From: an uncultured Acidobacteriota bacterium
GTDB lineage: Bacteria; Acidobacteriota; UBA6911
Assembly: GCA_963827655.1 (NCBI GenBank)
Contig: CAWHCF010000022.1
Coordinates: forward strand, 256,001 to 320,000
DNA length: 64,000 nt
Direction: 5' to 3'
Numbering within the stretch: position 1 is the first letter of the stretch; the number at the start of each line of letters is the position of its first letter. Of this stretch, positions 21,037-32,673 are shown in pieces. The translations under genes and the position numbers were made by a program. The notes beneath the pieces are model-generated. The model saw nothing but the letters and a program-made list of their open reading frames with translations. It did no database searches and was not told where the DNA came from.

Positions 21037-23428
21037 TTAGTCCTTTTTGAATTGGAACCCGACCACCGCGCTGCTCGACACGTTCTGACTCGCCTGCCGG
21101 GCAGGCGCGAAACGCCACTGACGCGCCGCCTCGAGCGCGAGAGAGGTAAGGAAGTCGTGTTTTCCTTTCGAGACCGGTTCAGCGCGGACCACTCTTCCCG
21201 TCGCGTCAATTTCTACCCTGACGTTGATTTGAACGTCCTCGCTAATCAGGTTACGAACGTTGGAAGGAGTCGAGGGCTTCACTTGCCGAAGAGGCCGCGG
21301 GGGCGTGTAGTCGCTCCGCGTCTCTGGCGCGGGTTGAGCCGAAGGCGGCGCGACCTCGGGCGGAGCGGGAGTTTTCTCGGGTAGCGCGACCGGTTTCGCC
21401 GGTTCGCGGGAGGTGGAAGCCGGCGGCTGTTCCTGAGCGGTCCGGGCGGTGTCGGGCGGACGCGCCGGTTCGGTGACCTTGGGGGGTGGCTCGACGGGCG
21501 GGCGCTGTGTCGTCTCACTCGGCAAGGGTGCCGAGGCGGTCTCGGCAGGGGGAGTAACTGGTTTCACTTGCTCCGGGGCAGTAGTTTGCGGGCGTTGGGG
21601 CTCGTCGCGCTGGGCGGCGACCTCGGCCGGCTTCCGCTCTACCACGCCCGGGCTCGAGACCGGGGGCGGAGGGAGGGTTGACCTTGCACTCGTCGCCCGG
21701 GATGTCGGAGGGGGTGTGGCTCGGGCTAGACTAAGCTGAGATGGCCCGGCGGCTTCAGGATTCCGGTTCCGGCGAGAGCTTTCGGTCTGGGCCCTGGTTC
21801 CCGATCCTCGGCCGCTACTCGGTGGAGACCGGTCGATTTTGATTGTGGGTACTCGATCTCTTGATTCTGCTCCAGACGCGCCCGAACGAGCAACCGCCGT
21901 GCTAACGACGCCGACTGCCGGGGTTGATTCGACGGTTTCGTCGTTCGCTCCGATAACCTGGAACGAAACGGTGACTTGACTGGTGTTATGGGTGAGAGAC
22001 TACGTTTCCGGTCTGCAGCTGGGGGGCTCCAAGATTCACGTTCCTTCTCTCACCGCCATCCAAAATCGATAAAGAGCCTCTTTTCGCCGTCGCGATCGAA
22101 GGTAAGTCTTGGTTCCAGCTCACGCGAAGTGAATCCCCTTCGAGCAGCACTTCCAGGCCCAGGGCAGCTGGTTGAAGGACGGTAACCTGCGGTCTCGTAA
22201 TGCCGAGGCTGCTGAAGAGTCCGGCTAGCGATTTCGGCATTTCTGATCCGCGCAGAAGTTGATAGCTCGCGGCACCGACAACCAGGATCAGGATGGCGAC
22301 GAGCATCATCCCTGCCCAGGACCGCCACCTCGGCGTCTCCGGTTCGATAAGGGGAAACATGGGTACCTGGCTCGGCAAAAACTCGAGCTCTGCCTGATCG
22401 GCCGCCTGAGGGAGAAGTTCTTCCAGTTCGAGTTCTTTCCCCTTGGGCGGCGCGTGACCGCGCCTTTCGGATGGTCTCGGAACGTGAGCTACCGGTTCGA
22501 ATTCTGTCTCCTCAGGCGGCTGGTGACCGCGCCTTGCCGACGGTCTGGGAGCGTGACCTTCCGGTTCGAATTCTGTCTCCTCGGACGGCAGGTGGTCTCG
22601 CCTTGGGAATGGCTTCGGGGCAACCGGCTCCGGTTCGAATTTTCTCTCCTCAGGCGGCTGGTGGCCGCGTCTTGCGGATGGTCTCGGAACGTGAGCTCCC
22701 GGTTCGGATTTTTTCTCCTCGGACGGCGGCTGGGCTCGCCTCGGGGGTGGCTTCGGGGCAAACGCCTCCGGTTCCAATTCTCCCTCGTCAGAAGCGGAAA
22801 ATGGCGGGGCCACGCCCTCCGGCATATCTTCTTCCTCTGTTTCCGGAAGGGAATCCAATGTCGTTTCGCCGCGGGTCAGCCGGCTTCGGCTGAAAGGAAA
22901 GATCAAGTTGCATTCGCGCTCGACATGCCCCTCGTCGCACAGGAAAAGACCACCCACGCGATCACGTTGCCCCACAGGTCTGATAAGCAGAAAGACGCCG
23001 ACCGAATCCGAGAAAAACTCCTTCGCCAGGGACACATCTTCGCCGTCCAGGCTGAAGTCTTCCCGGTTGTGACTCCGGTAAAACCCGACTACATAGAGGT
23101 TTCTTCCCGGACCGCGCTGCCACCGAAATAGCTGCTCCTGCAGGAGGTCCTTATCGGATTTAGAGAGGTGGTACAAGGAACCCGACTCGTATTCGCACAA
23201 CACCGGCGTGAAGCCTTCGATGGTAATCTTGTTCCACGCCTTCGATTCGATTCTGCCGAGGAGCAGCCCACCCACTTCGGCTCCCTCCGGTGCCCTCAAA
23301 CTCTCCCGGATCTCGTAGTCCAGCCATTCAACCGCGCTCAGATGCAGGTGTACCGCCATCCCGCGGTCGGGAATTTCCCATACACAGAAAGCCGAGATCG
23401 GCAATCGTCCAGTTCCAGCAGAACTCAT
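21037..23428 (-). CDS. MPN/JAB-like domain + repeats + TM helix + TonB C-terminal domain protein (paralog 2); frameshift near 21995
   Basis: Same architecture: AEVGGLLLG, VVGFYRSH, TM, and VRVEIDATGRV...ALEAARQWRFAPA. Confidence 0.72.
22430..22790 (-). repeat. Intragenic 69-bp (23-aa) tandem repeat, about 5 units
   Basis: EEKKSEPGAHVPRPSARRGHQPP / EERKFEPEPVAPKPFPRRDHLPS / EETEFEPEGHAPRPSARRGHQPP / EETEFEPVAHVPRPSERRGHAPP. Confidence 0.85.
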
Positions 23429-23687
23429 AGTTTCAAAAGGGCCGCGCTCAAGATTAATGGTGTTTCTTCGTGTCCTGGTGTGTCAGAGGTATTGTTTTGC
23501 AGCCCTGACCACGAAGACGCCAAGAACACGAAGACTGAACGCTTCATTAATACTCTACCAGTAATCGGCAACTCCAGTCTCTTCTCTTAAACCTTACGAG
23601 TTTGAGAAGACAACAGATTTTAATCATATCATTCTTCGGTCTTTGCGTCTTTCTGGTTAATTTTTAGATACAAGAGAAACCCGAATC

Positions 23688-26204
23688 TCATCTCGGTCTC
23701 GGTTGTGCGTTGATAGCCGAAAGAACTGAGAGGCCATGAGTTCCATAAAGTGCGAAGCCTCCCACTTCGTCATCCGCCGTGATCGTGATGTATCCCGACG
23801 AAAGCGCCGTGACGGCCAGGTTGGGGAAGAATTCGGTCAGCAGCTTGCAACTGCGCCCTCTCCTGACAACTACCTCGGTCGTCGAAGCAAGAAGGCTGCC
23901 GTTGCTGTCGAAAACCTGGATGTTCGCGCTGACGTCGGTATCGCGGGGATTTGTGATTGCGATGCCCGTGAAATACGTCGCGTCGGAGGCAACCTGGCTG
24001 AAGACCAACTGTTTTTGAGACGCGCTCACCAGCGGCAGCGCTGCGGAAAATGAGTTTCTTTCGGGATCCCCGAACACAACCGTGCCAATGATCCGCACGC
24101 CACTCGTGACAATTTCTACGTACCCCTGCCTGGTTCCCCCTGGCCCTATGAAGAACTGCTGATCGCTAATGTACAGCTTCCCGTGTCGGGAAATTGGCAT
24201 CTGCCTCGGGGAACCGATCGGAGTTCCATCATCGCCGATAAACCGGAAATTCACCGTGCCGGGATTCGAATCGAGGTTCACGATCGACAGAGTGGAGCGC
24301 CAGGGTCCTCCAACCACATACTGTGGCGAATACAGCCTGGTACCGCCTGAAGTAGAATCGAAACCGTTGACCGCCTGCGCGTACCGATCCGGCCTGGCGA
24401 GATACTCAAACGGGACGATCTCGCGCTCGGAGGTCGCGCGGATGTAACTGGAGCCGATTAGAGCCGCGCCTGGGAACAGATCTGAAGCCGATTCCACGAG
24501 CGCCCCGTTGCCGTCGATGTTTCTGGCCGCTGACGCTACCGCCGTCCCGTCGGCCCCGACCAGTTCGAAATTAATCGCCGTCGACTCCGCGTTGGGATTC
24601 ACGACCTGGACCCGGGTTACTCCTTGTTCCTCCAACTCGGGCAAGACAAACCCCGTCAACGGGCTTACCGAGGCGTCGGCGCCATCCAGAACCGTAAGCG
24701 ATCGGTCGTAGGTCAGAAAAGAGGCTGCGATCTGGCGCGATGTGCTTTCCAGCTTGACCCATCCCACGGAATTGCTTCCGGCCAATCCCGGCCCGAAGAG
24801 CCGGCTGTCTGTCAGGGCGCTCTGTTCCCCTGGACGGAGTGCCACTGAAGTCGGATTCGTGATGTTGGAACCCGTTATCGGACGCCCGGTCCTGTCATGG
24901 GCAGTAAACATCAGGGTGGCCGCGCTGGCGCCCAGGTTCGCGACTGCGATCCCGGTGTACTCACCCGCCGAATCGTTCGTGGTCACCAGGTCGGGGAAAT
25001 ACAGCGTGGGGGTCGCCGGAGCATCGGGATTCACGATCCGGGAAACCGAGCCCTCCAGAGCCACCACATAAATCTCTCCAGCCTCGTCCTCGCCAAACGA
25101 TGAGAGGGACAGGTTCGTGTCGAGCAGAAGCGACGGCGCGCCCCCACTCAGCACGAAGATCTCTCCCGAACAGTAATCCGCGTAAACATACGCGCCCAGA
25201 GGAAGACTTCGCCGCGTCCCACGATAAACGTAGCCGCCGGTTACGGAACAGCGTCCCTGAGCTCCCGGAGTATGGGCGTATTCGGCTATCGGCGGAATGA
25301 AGCTTGCGGCGTTGCAAGGGCCGATGTTACATCGGTTCCCCTCGAAGACCCTCCAGCCATAGTTGCCCCCCAGCGTGATGATGTCGACCTCTTCGATAAC
25401 GTTTTGCCCGACGTCTCCGGCATAAAGCTGCCCGGTCACTCGATCGAAAGAGAATCGCCAGGGATTTCTTAGCCCGGTAGCGTAGATCTCGTCGCGGCCT
25501 TCAATCGGTCCGAAGAACGGATTGGTCGAAGGCGATGTGTAAAGCACCGACTGACTCTCAGGACGGTCGATATCGATGCGAAGCATCTTTCCCAGCAGGT
25601 CGTTCAAGTTCTGCGCCCGGTTTTCGGGATCGTTCCCGGACCCGCCGTCTCCCATTCCAATGTAGAGCAGGCGGTCGGGACCGAACTCAATCATGCCGCC
25701 GTTGTGATTCGCATAAGGCTGAGGTATGACCAGAATGATGGTTTCGGCCGGGTCTGCCACGTTTGGATCTGAGGCGGAGACGCGATACTCGGATACGACG
25801 GTGGCCCCATCGCCGGTGCGAGTGTAGTTTACAAAAAAGCGGCGATCTGACGGGAATCTGGGATGAAAGGCCAGGCCGAGCAGCCCCCGCTCGCCTCCCG
25901 CCAGTATTTTACTTCTGATATCAAGGAAGACGGCAGGCGCCGTCGAGCCGGGTTGAAGCACTCTGATACGCCCCGCCTGCTCGATAATGAAGAGCCGGCC
26001 GCTGCCATCGTGGGCGTTAGTCACATAGAGCGGACTCGACAATCCGGTCGCCACCACCGGTTCGAGCGCGATGCGAAGAGGCACCGAGCCGGGATTCTGC
26101 GCGAAAGAATTGAGGCCTTGCGGAGCGGCGGCGGCTTCCTGCCGCAAAGTAATTACGGCACAACAGCAGATGAGAGCCCGAAGAGCAATTCTCGCCGCTT
26201 TCAT
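23688..26204 (-). CDS. PQQ-dependent sugar dehydrogenase (GSDH beta-propeller) with repeated C-terminal beta-rich domains
   Basis: [38 protein letters not shown]. Confidence 0.85.
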   Translation of the reverse strand: MKAARIALRALICCCAVITLRQEAAAAPQGLNSFAQNPGSVPLRIALEPVVATGLSSPLYVTNAHDGSGRLFIIEQAGRIRVLQPGSTAPAVFLDIRSKILAGGERGLLGLAFHPRFPSDRRFFVNYTRTGDGATVVSEYRVSASDPNVADPAETIILVIPQPYANHNGGMIEFGPDRLLYIGMGDGGSGNDPENRAQNLNDLLGKMLRIDIDRPESQSVLYTSPSTNPFFGPIEGRDEIYATGLRNPWRFSFDRVTGQLYAGDVGQNVIEEVDIITLGGNYGWRVFEGNRCNIGPCNAASFIPPIAEYAHTPGAQGRCSVTGGYVYRGTRRSLPLGAYVYADYCSGEIFVLSGGAPSLLLDTNLSLSSFGEDEAGEIYVVALEGSVSRIVNPDAPATPTLYFPDLVTTNDSAGEYTGIAVANLGASAATLMFTAHDRTGRPITGSNITNPTSVALRPGEQSALTDSRLFGPGLAGSNSVGWVKLESTSRQIAASFLTYDRSLTVLDGADASVSPLTGFVLPELEEQGVTRVQVVNPNAESTAINFELVGADGTAVASAARNIDGNGALVESASDLFPGAALIGSSYIRATSEREIVPFEYLARPDRYAQAVNGFDSTSGGTRLYSPQYVVGGPWRSTLSIVNLDSNPGTVNFRFIGDDGTPIGSPRQMPISRHGKLYISDQQFFIGPGGTRQGYVEIVTSGVRIIGTVVFGDPERNSFSAALPLVSASQKQLVFSQVASDATYFTGIAITNPRDTDVSANIQVFDSNGSLLASTTEVVVRRGRSCKLLTEFFPNLAVTALSSGYITITADDEVGGFALYGTHGLSVLSAINAQPRPR

Positions 26205-26297
26205 GATGCACTCCCGAGAAGCGGGCCCAATGGGGGCTGGTCTCCCCGCTTCCGCGTGTCTCTCGCGCGCCCGCCGCGCAGACGCGAAGGTAGTATT

Positions 26298-28061
26298 TTA
26301 GATGCCCGTGGTCTCGATCTCAAGAGAAGCGTCGAACCTATCAAACAAACGGCCCAACCAGACGATGGCGACGGCGGCTTCGATCAAGAGGCCGATGGCA
26401 GCCACCAGGGAGGCGATCGGAGCAATCGCCAATCCAATGAGCCAATAGGCGCTCAGAAAAACCATTGAGAACAGAATGGCCGCGGGTATGACGGCAAAGA
26501 GCAGGACCAGCCCAGTGGCTCCGGCCATGATCAATCTCTGCCCCATCGCCTCGATTCCCTGTTGATGCTCCTTTCCCAGGTGAATCCAGCCGGGCATCAG
26601 CAGGGCGGCTGCGTTCTGAATCAGCACACCCAGGAGGCTGAAGCACGGAAGCAACAAGGCTGCGCACAGGCCGAACACCACGCGCTGATAAGGCGGCAGC
26701 GCATGATTTCCCAATCCCGGCAAGAAGCAAACGGCGAGAAAGAGCAAGAACCATTCCGTACAGGCTAGAACAGCGGCCGGCGCCATGACTTCGCCCAGTA
26801 CCACGCTCCATCCTGGAACCGGATAGGTCTTGATCAGATCAAGATGGAGCAGATCGTTGCGCAAGTCGTCGCGCATCACCACGGGCCCCATGATGGCGAC
26901 GAACAAGGCAATTCCGGCGGCAGCCCCGCCGATCATCGCCGGAACGATGCTCGGGCCGGAGCTTCCGCCGGAGGCCACCCAGACTGTCGCGGCCACGATA
27001 GCCAGCGCCAGGGCTAACAACCGGCTTACGCGTACCCGGCCGGAGGAAATCAGGTTTTTCCAGAAGAAGGCCACAAAGGGAAATCCCTCGGATGCGAGGC
27101 GAAACGGAGGGCGCCGGGCCCTCCTGGAGCGCAAGGCTTCAGCCGGCAGGAGCCCTCGCTTACGCGCCTCAATGCGCTGCGCCGCCTTTTCGGACCTCTC
27201 GAGCGAGGCCTCCTCGAAGCTGGCATCGCTCCGGATGACCCAGAGATAAGACAGCGCCAACAGCATGAGCGCCGGAGCCAGAGACAGAAGGAACGACGTC
27301 CCATCCTGTGCCAGAGCCGGACGCAGCAACGCCCGGAACGGCAGCAGCAGGTAGTACAAGGGACCGGCCTGGAGCAGTCTGCTGAACCACTCAAGCAGAG
27401 CCTCCGGTGCCGAGTCCTGAAGCACAGGCGGAGCCGGGATGAACCATCTAATCCACACAAGGATGCAGAGGATCACCCCGGCCAGTCCTGAGAGCGTCCA
27501 GAGCTGGCGCTTGACGGCGGACCAGCCGTGTTCCGAGAGGCTGGCCTGCGCCATCGAGACCCCCATCCGATAGAGAGCCAGGAACGAATAGACGATCCAA
27601 AGACCGGACGCCAGATAGGGAGTGCGCAGCAGACTCCGCCCCTGCCCGAAAACAAGAGTAGAAATCAGCACCCCGAAAATGATCCCGAGTTGTCCCTTGG
27701 CGATTCGGAAGTGCAGCAAAGTCCGGCGTCGCAAGGGAGCAGGGAAAAGAAACTGGACTTCCGCGGCGGTAAAGGTGATGCCTCCGCCGCGCGCCGGAAG
27801 GATCCAGGGCAGAAGGACGAAAATCAACAGCCCGAAGGCAAAGGCGGTCTCCATCGAGCCCGCGGCGCTGAAATCGAGCCGGATATCGGGCTGGCCGCGA
27901 GACCTTACTCGAATGAAGGACGGATGAATGAACGCGAAGTAAAGGTACAACCCCCCCGCCAGGGCGGGAATTAGATACTTCGGTTGCCGGAGGCGTCGCA
28001 GCCTTGCCAGGATCCGGTTCTTCAGGCTGGCGTAAAAGTAAAACAGAAACGCCGCGATCAT
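26298..28061 (-). CDS. Putative ABC exporter permease
   Basis: Multi-TM protein with AEVQFLFPAPL motif, downstream of an ABC ATPase. Confidence 0.75.
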   Translation of the reverse strand: MIAAFLFYFYASLKNRILARLRRLRQPKYLIPALAGGLYLYFAFIHPSFIRVRSRGQPDIRLDFSAAGSMETAFAFGLLIFVLLPWILPARGGGITFTAAEVQFLFPAPLRRRTLLHFRIAKGQLGIIFGVLISTLVFGQGRSLLRTPYLASGLWIVYSFLALYRMGVSMAQASLSEHGWSAVKRQLWTLSGLAGVILCILVWIRWFIPAPPVLQDSAPEALLEWFSRLLQAGPLYYLLLPFRALLRPALAQDGTSFLLSLAPALMLLALSYLWVIRSDASFEEASLERSEKAAQRIEARKRGLLPAEALRSRRARRPPFRLASEGFPFVAFFWKNLISSGRVRVSRLLALALAIVAATVWVASGGSSGPSIVPAMIGGAAAGIALFVAIMGPVVMRDDLRNDLLHLDLIKTYPVPGWSVVLGEVMAPAAVLACTEWFLLFLAVCFLPGLGNHALPPYQRVVFGLCAALLLPCFSLLGVLIQNAAALLMPGWIHLGKEHQQGIEAMGQRLIMAGATGLVLLFAVIPAAILFSMVFLSAYWLIGLAIAPIASLVAAIGLLIEAAVAIVWLGRLFDRFDASLEIETTGI

Positions 28062-28067
28062 AAGCGT

Positions 28068-28147
28068 ATCAGCTTTCAGCAGTCAGCTTTCAGCAGTCAG
28101 CTGTCAGTAGTCAGCTGTTGGCTGACAGCTGATAGCTGATAGCTGTT
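28068..28147. repeat. Heptamer tandem repeat in inverted arrangement (CAGCTTT/CAGCAGT vs GCTGATA)
   Basis: tcagctttcagcagtcagctttcagcagtcagctgtcag...gctgacagctgatagctgatagctg. Confidence 0.8.
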
Positions 28148-28874
28148 AGCTTCCTCCCGTGACCCGGAAGAAAATTTCCTCGAGATTCGTGTCGCCTTGA
28201 AGCTCCGGGAGGCTGCGCGAAATCGCCTCGAGCGAATCGTGGATGATCTTACGACCTTCCTTCAGGATAAGGACCCGGTCGCACAATTCCTCGACCAGAT
28301 GCAGAAGATGAGAGCTCACAATGATAGACGCGCCTGCGCGGGCGCGATCGAGAATCGTGCTTTTCATCCGGCGAATACCGATGGGATCCAATCCGGTAAG
28401 CGGTTCATCGAACAGCAGCGCCCTGGGCGAGTGCAGCAGTCCGCACGCAATGACCAGTTTCTGCTTCATCCCGCGGGACAGTTCCGAGGGAAGCGCATCT
28501 CGTTTTTCCCACAGCTCCAGCTCGTCCAGCAGATTCTTCGCATCCTGTTCGTAGCGCTCGACACCGTAGATGCGCGCGGTGAACTGAAGGTGCTCCATGA
28601 CCGTGAGGTAGTCGAAGAGCCGCGGCTCGTCCGGCATGAACGACGCCAGTCGCTTGGCCGAGAGCGGGTCATCCCGCAGGGAGTGGCCGCAAATACGAAT
28701 ATCCCCCCGCGTCGGCGGAATGATCCCCACGACGCAGCGCAGCGTGGTGGTCTTGCCGGCGCCGTTAGGCCCGACCAGACCCAGAACTTCTCCGGGTTCC
28801 ACGCAAAAGGACAGGTCGGTTACCGCCGCGAAGGAGCCGTAAATCTTGGTTAGTCCATCGATCTCAATCATCAA
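28146..28874 (-). CDS. ABC transporter ATP-binding protein
   Basis: GPNGAGKTT, LSRGMKQK, LLFDEP, SSH. Confidence 0.95.
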   Translation of the reverse strand: MMIEIDGLTKIYGSFAAVTDLSFCVEPGEVLGLVGPNGAGKTTTLRCVVGIIPPTRGDIRICGHSLRDDPLSAKRLASFMPDEPRLFDYLTVMEHLQFTARIYGVERYEQDAKNLLDELELWEKRDALPSELSRGMKQKLVIACGLLHSPRALLFDEPLTGLDPIGIRRMKSTILDRARAGASIIVSSHLLHLVEELCDRVLILKEGRKIIHDSLEAISRSLPELQGDTNLEEIFFRVTGGS

Positions 28875-29108
28875 ACGGTTGCTTCAATGAACGAGCATTG
28901 TAGCAAAAAGCCGGGATGGTTGCCTTTTCCTGGCGTCTTCGCGTCCTGGTGGTTGATCTGAGTCTGTACCTCGCAATGGCCGGAAATGCGCGTTATAATT
29001 GGGATCGTACAACTAAAAAAATTGGCGATAGCGAAATCAATTTTGCTATGCTACGACGTTTGGGCGCGCGCCCTGACATCGGATTAACACTGACTGGAGA
29101 AGTTAACC

Positions 29109-30959
29109 TTGAGCAATTCAGAAACGACGGTTGTTGCTGAAATCGAGCGCGCGAGCGCGCGAGAACCGGTCGTGAATGATTTCAGCATTCAGGTCGCCAC
29201 TATCAACGGATCCGGAAGCCAGTCCGCCAACAGTGTCTTGATGCGTTCCATCTTTCAGATGGGCGTGCCGGTGAGCGGCAAGAATCTCTTCCCTTCGAAT
29301 ATTGCGGGTCTGCCGACCTGGTTCACCATCCGCGCCAATAAACACGGGTACATCGCGCGCAAGGCTGAAATCGACTTCATGGTCGCGATGAACCCCCAGA
29401 CGGCGCGCGAAGATGCCATGACCGTGCAACCGGGTGGGGCCCTCCTGGCAGAAGAGACGCTGGGCCTGAAGGGCGTGCGCAGCGACATCAGCTACTATGG
29501 CGTTCCCTTCGCAAAGCTGGCCGGCCAGGTGGTCCCCGACGTCAAGCTGCGAAAACTGCTGGCCAACATGATTTATGTGGGGGTCATGGCAGAACTGCTG
29601 GGAATCGATGTGGTGGAAGTGGAGAAGGCGATTCGAAAGCAGTTCAAGACGAAGGTCAAGGCCGCCGAGACCAATATCCAGGCGGTGAAGGCTGGCATCG
29701 ACTACGCGCGCTCGAATCTCGTGAAGACCGACCCGTTTCGCATCGAGCGGATGAACAAGACTCAGGGCAAAATAATTATCGACGGCAACGCCGCCGCCGG
29801 CTTGGGGGCCATGTTCGGGGGATGCACGGTCGTCACCTGGTATCCGATTACACCGTCGAGTTCTCTCGTCGAGCAGATGATCGATTACATGAAGCAGTAC
29901 CGGATCGACCCGGAGACGCAGAAAGCGACGTTTGCCATTGTACAGGCGGAAGACGAGCTTGCCGCTCTTGGAATGGTGATCGGAGCAGGTTGGGCCGGCG
30001 CTCGCGCCATGACTTCAACCTCGGGTCCGGGCATTTCCCTCATGTCCGAATTTGTAGGGCTGGCCTACTTTGCGGAGGTGCCGGCGGTAATCTGGGATAT
30101 TCAGCGCATCGGCCCGTCCACCGGACTCCCCACTCGAACCAGCCAGGGGGATATTCTTTCGGCCTTCCTGCTCAGCCACGGCGACACCAAGCATATCCTG
30201 CTGCTTCCGGCGACCGTGGAAGAATGCTTCCGCTTCGCCCAGGAAGCCTTCAACCTGGCCGAGCGTTTTCAAACCGTGGTTTTCTGCATGAGCGATCTCG
30301 ACCTTGGCATGAACAACTGGATGGCGGACCCGTTCGCATACCCCCACGATATCCCGATCGACCGGGGGAAAGTGCTCTCCGCGGAAGATCTGGACAAGCT
30401 GGGCAAATTCTCCCGTTACCTCGACGTGGACGGAGACGGAATACCCTACCGCACCATCCCGGGAACCAACCATCCGGCAGCACCCTACTTCGCCCGTGGC
30501 AGCGGGCATAATGAGGACGCCGAGTACACGGAGCGCCCGGAAGACTACGTCAAACTGATGGACCGGCTGGCCCGGAAATTCGAGACTGCGCGCCGATATG
30601 TTCCAGCGCCGGTGACGGAAAACGGCGGCAGCTCACGAGTGGGAATCATCGCCTATGGAAGCACCCACCATGCGATCGGCGAGTCCCGCGACCAGCTGAG
30701 ATCGGAATACGCCATCGAGACGAATTACCTCCGGTTGCGGGCGCTTCCTTTCGGCCCCGAAGTCGAGGCCTTCATCGCGGAGAACGATCGAGTTTATGTT
30801 GTGGAACAGAACCGCGACGGCCAGATGCGCAGCCTGCTCATCTTGGATTATCCCGCGATGACCGCCAAGCTGCGTTCCATTCGCCATTACAACGGAATCC
30901 CCATCGACGCGCGCTTTGTCACAAACGCCATCCTCAGCCAGGAAAAGGAGACGGTCTGA
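29109..30959 (+). CDS. korA: 2-oxoacid:acceptor oxidoreductase subunit alpha
   Basis: NGSGSQSAN, YPITPSS, QAEDE, TSGPG, GPSTGLPT. Confidence 0.92.
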   Translation: MSNSETTVVAEIERASAREPVVNDFSIQVATINGSGSQSANSVLMRSIFQMGVPVSGKNLFPSNIAGLPTWFTIRANKHGYIARKAEIDFMVAMNPQTAREDAMTVQPGGALLAEETLGLKGVRSDISYYGVPFAKLAGQVVPDVKLRKLLANMIYVGVMAELLGIDVVEVEKAIRKQFKTKVKAAETNIQAVKAGIDYARSNLVKTDPFRIERMNKTQGKIIIDGNAAAGLGAMFGGCTVVTWYPITPSSSLVEQMIDYMKQYRIDPETQKATFAIVQAEDELAALGMVIGAGWAGARAMTSTSGPGISLMSEFVGLAYFAEVPAVIWDIQRIGPSTGLPTRTSQGDILSAFLLSHGDTKHILLLPATVEECFRFAQEAFNLAERFQTVVFCMSDLDLGMNNWMADPFAYPHDIPIDRGKVLSAEDLDKLGKFSRYLDVDGDGIPYRTIPGTNHPAAPYFARGSGHNEDAEYTERPEDYVKLMDRLARKFETARRYVPAPVTENGGSSRVGIIAYGSTHHAIGESRDQLRSEYAIETNYLRLRALPFGPEVEAFIAENDRVYVVEQNRDGQMRSLLILDYPAMTAKLRSIRHYNGIPIDARFVTNAILSQEKETV

Positions 30960-30961
30960 AT

Positions 30962-32008
30962 ATGTCCACGGCAGTTGAACCTCCGCGATCCAAGGGTACC
31001 AATCGAATCGGCCTGATGTTGAATGATTACAAAGGCAAGGATTCTACGCTTTGCGCGGCGTGCGGTCACGACGCGATCACGAGCCAGATCGTCAAGGCGT
31101 TCTTCGAATATGGAGTGGATCCGGTTCGAGTCATAAAGCTTTCAGGCATCGGATGCTCCTCCAAGACCCCGGCCTATTTTCTCAACCGTTCCCACGGCTT
31201 CAACGCCGTCCACGGCCGCATGCCGGCTGTCGGTACCGGCGCTCTCCTGGCCAACCGGAACCTGCTTGCGATCGGTGTCAGCGGAGACGGGGACACGGCC
31301 TCGATCGGGATGGGACAGTTTGTCCACATGCTGCGCCGGAATGTTCCGATGGTCTACATCATGGAGAACAACGGCGTATACGGTTTGACCAAGGGGCAGT
31401 TCTCCGCTACAGCCGACCAGGGATCGAAGTTAAAGACCGGAGTGCTGAGCGACCTGCCCGCGATTGATTGCTGCACCCTGGCGATCGAGCTCGGCTGCGG
31501 ATATGTGGCCCGCTCGTTCGCGGGAGATCCCAAGCAGGTTGTGGCTCTGCTGGAGGGGGCGCTGGCGCACCGGGGAACGGCTTTCCTGGACATAATCTCT
31601 CCCTGCGTGACCTTCAACAACCACGAAGGCTCGACCAAGAGCTACAAGCACGCCAAGGAGACGGAGGAGATGCTCCATGAAATCGGCTTCGTACCGTATT
31701 TCGAGCCGATCACGGTAGACTACGACGAAGGGACGGCCAAGGTTGTTGAGATGCACGACGGTTCTCACATCGTGCTGCGAAAACTGGAACGCGACTTCAA
31801 TCCCATGAACAAGGGTGAAGCGCTCCAGCTCATCCGCGAATCAAATGCGCAGGGCGAATTTCTGACCGGACTGCTCTACATCGATCCGGTCAAGCCTGAC
31901 TTCACGGAATTGCTGGGATTACACGACCAGCCCCTCGCTTCTCTCCCGGCCGAAAAAGTGCGCCCATCCCGAGAAGCTCTGGAAGCCATAATGGAATCGC
32001 TTCGCTAA
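30962..32008 (+). CDS. korB: 2-oxoacid:ferredoxin oxidoreductase subunit beta
   Basis: CAACGH, SGIGCSSK, GDGD TPP motif, NNGVYGLTKGQ. Confidence 0.92.
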   Translation: MSTAVEPPRSKGTNRIGLMLNDYKGKDSTLCAACGHDAITSQIVKAFFEYGVDPVRVIKLSGIGCSSKTPAYFLNRSHGFNAVHGRMPAVGTGALLANRNLLAIGVSGDGDTASIGMGQFVHMLRRNVPMVYIMENNGVYGLTKGQFSATADQGSKLKTGVLSDLPAIDCCTLAIELGCGYVARSFAGDPKQVVALLEGALAHRGTAFLDIISPCVTFNNHEGSTKSYKHAKETEEMLHEIGFVPYFEPITVDYDEGTAKVVEMHDGSHIVLRKLERDFNPMNKGEALQLIRESNAQGEFLTGLLYIDPVKPDFTELLGLHDQPLASLPAEKVRPSREALEAIMESLR

Positions 32009-32136
32009 TTGCAGATTGCGGATTGCGGATTGCGATTGGAAACAGATCGCCATTGATTGAAAAACTTGGCGGTTAATCGATCGCATCACATCGCGCTGCT
32101 GTCAATCCGCAATCTGCAATCCGCAATCCGCAATCG
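32008..32136. repeat. Heptamer (GATTGCG / CGCAATC) inverted tandem repeat between convergent genes
   Basis: gattgcggattgcggattgcgattg ... caatccgcaatctgcaatccgcaatccgcaatc. Confidence 0.8.
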
Positions 32137-32137
32137 A

Positions 32138-32641
32138 TCAGCCTCGGTAGTTCCCGAAATTCAGCTCCACGCCGAAGTCTTGTTCCCGCAGCCGAGCCAT
32201 CACAACCTGAAGATCATCGCGAGAGGGTGCGGAAACCCGAACCTGGTCCTTCTGGATTTCCGCCTGGACTTTCTTCATCTTTTGATCCTTGATGAACTTT
32301 ACGATCGAGCGGGAGGTCTCGGTAGGGATACCTTGCTGCAGAAGAATATCCTGTGTGACCGTAGCGCCGGCGGCGGGCATGATGTTCCCGGGCTGCAGGT
32401 TTCGCACCGGCACCTTTCGTCGGACTAATTTCTCCTGCAGCACTTCCCACAGGGCCTTCAGCTTGAAGTCATCCGGCGCCCGGAGCACGAGCTTGTTCTC
32501 CGCCCTGGGAAAATCGATCCCAACCTTCAGGCCCTTGAAGTCATAACGCTGGTTGATCTCCTTCATTGCCTGGTTAACGGCGTTGTCGACCTCCTGCAGG
32601 TCGCATCCGGTAGTAATGTCAAACGACTGGGTAACTGCCAT
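32138..32641 (-). CDS. yajQ: YajQ family nucleotide / c-di-GMP-binding protein
   Basis: SFDI...QEVDNAVNQA.KEI..RYDFKG...KVQAEIQKDQVRVS...NYR. Confidence 0.93.
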   Translation of the reverse strand: MAVTQSFDITTGCDLQEVDNAVNQAMKEINQRYDFKGLKVGIDFPRAENKLVLRAPDDFKLKALWEVLQEKLVRRKVPVRNLQPGNIMPAAGATVTQDILLQQGIPTETSRSIVKFIKDQKMKKVQAEIQKDQVRVSAPSRDDLQVVMARLREQDFGVELNFGNYRG

Positions 32642-32673
32642 TAAACCTCCAAACCAATACCGCTAAGTCAGGT

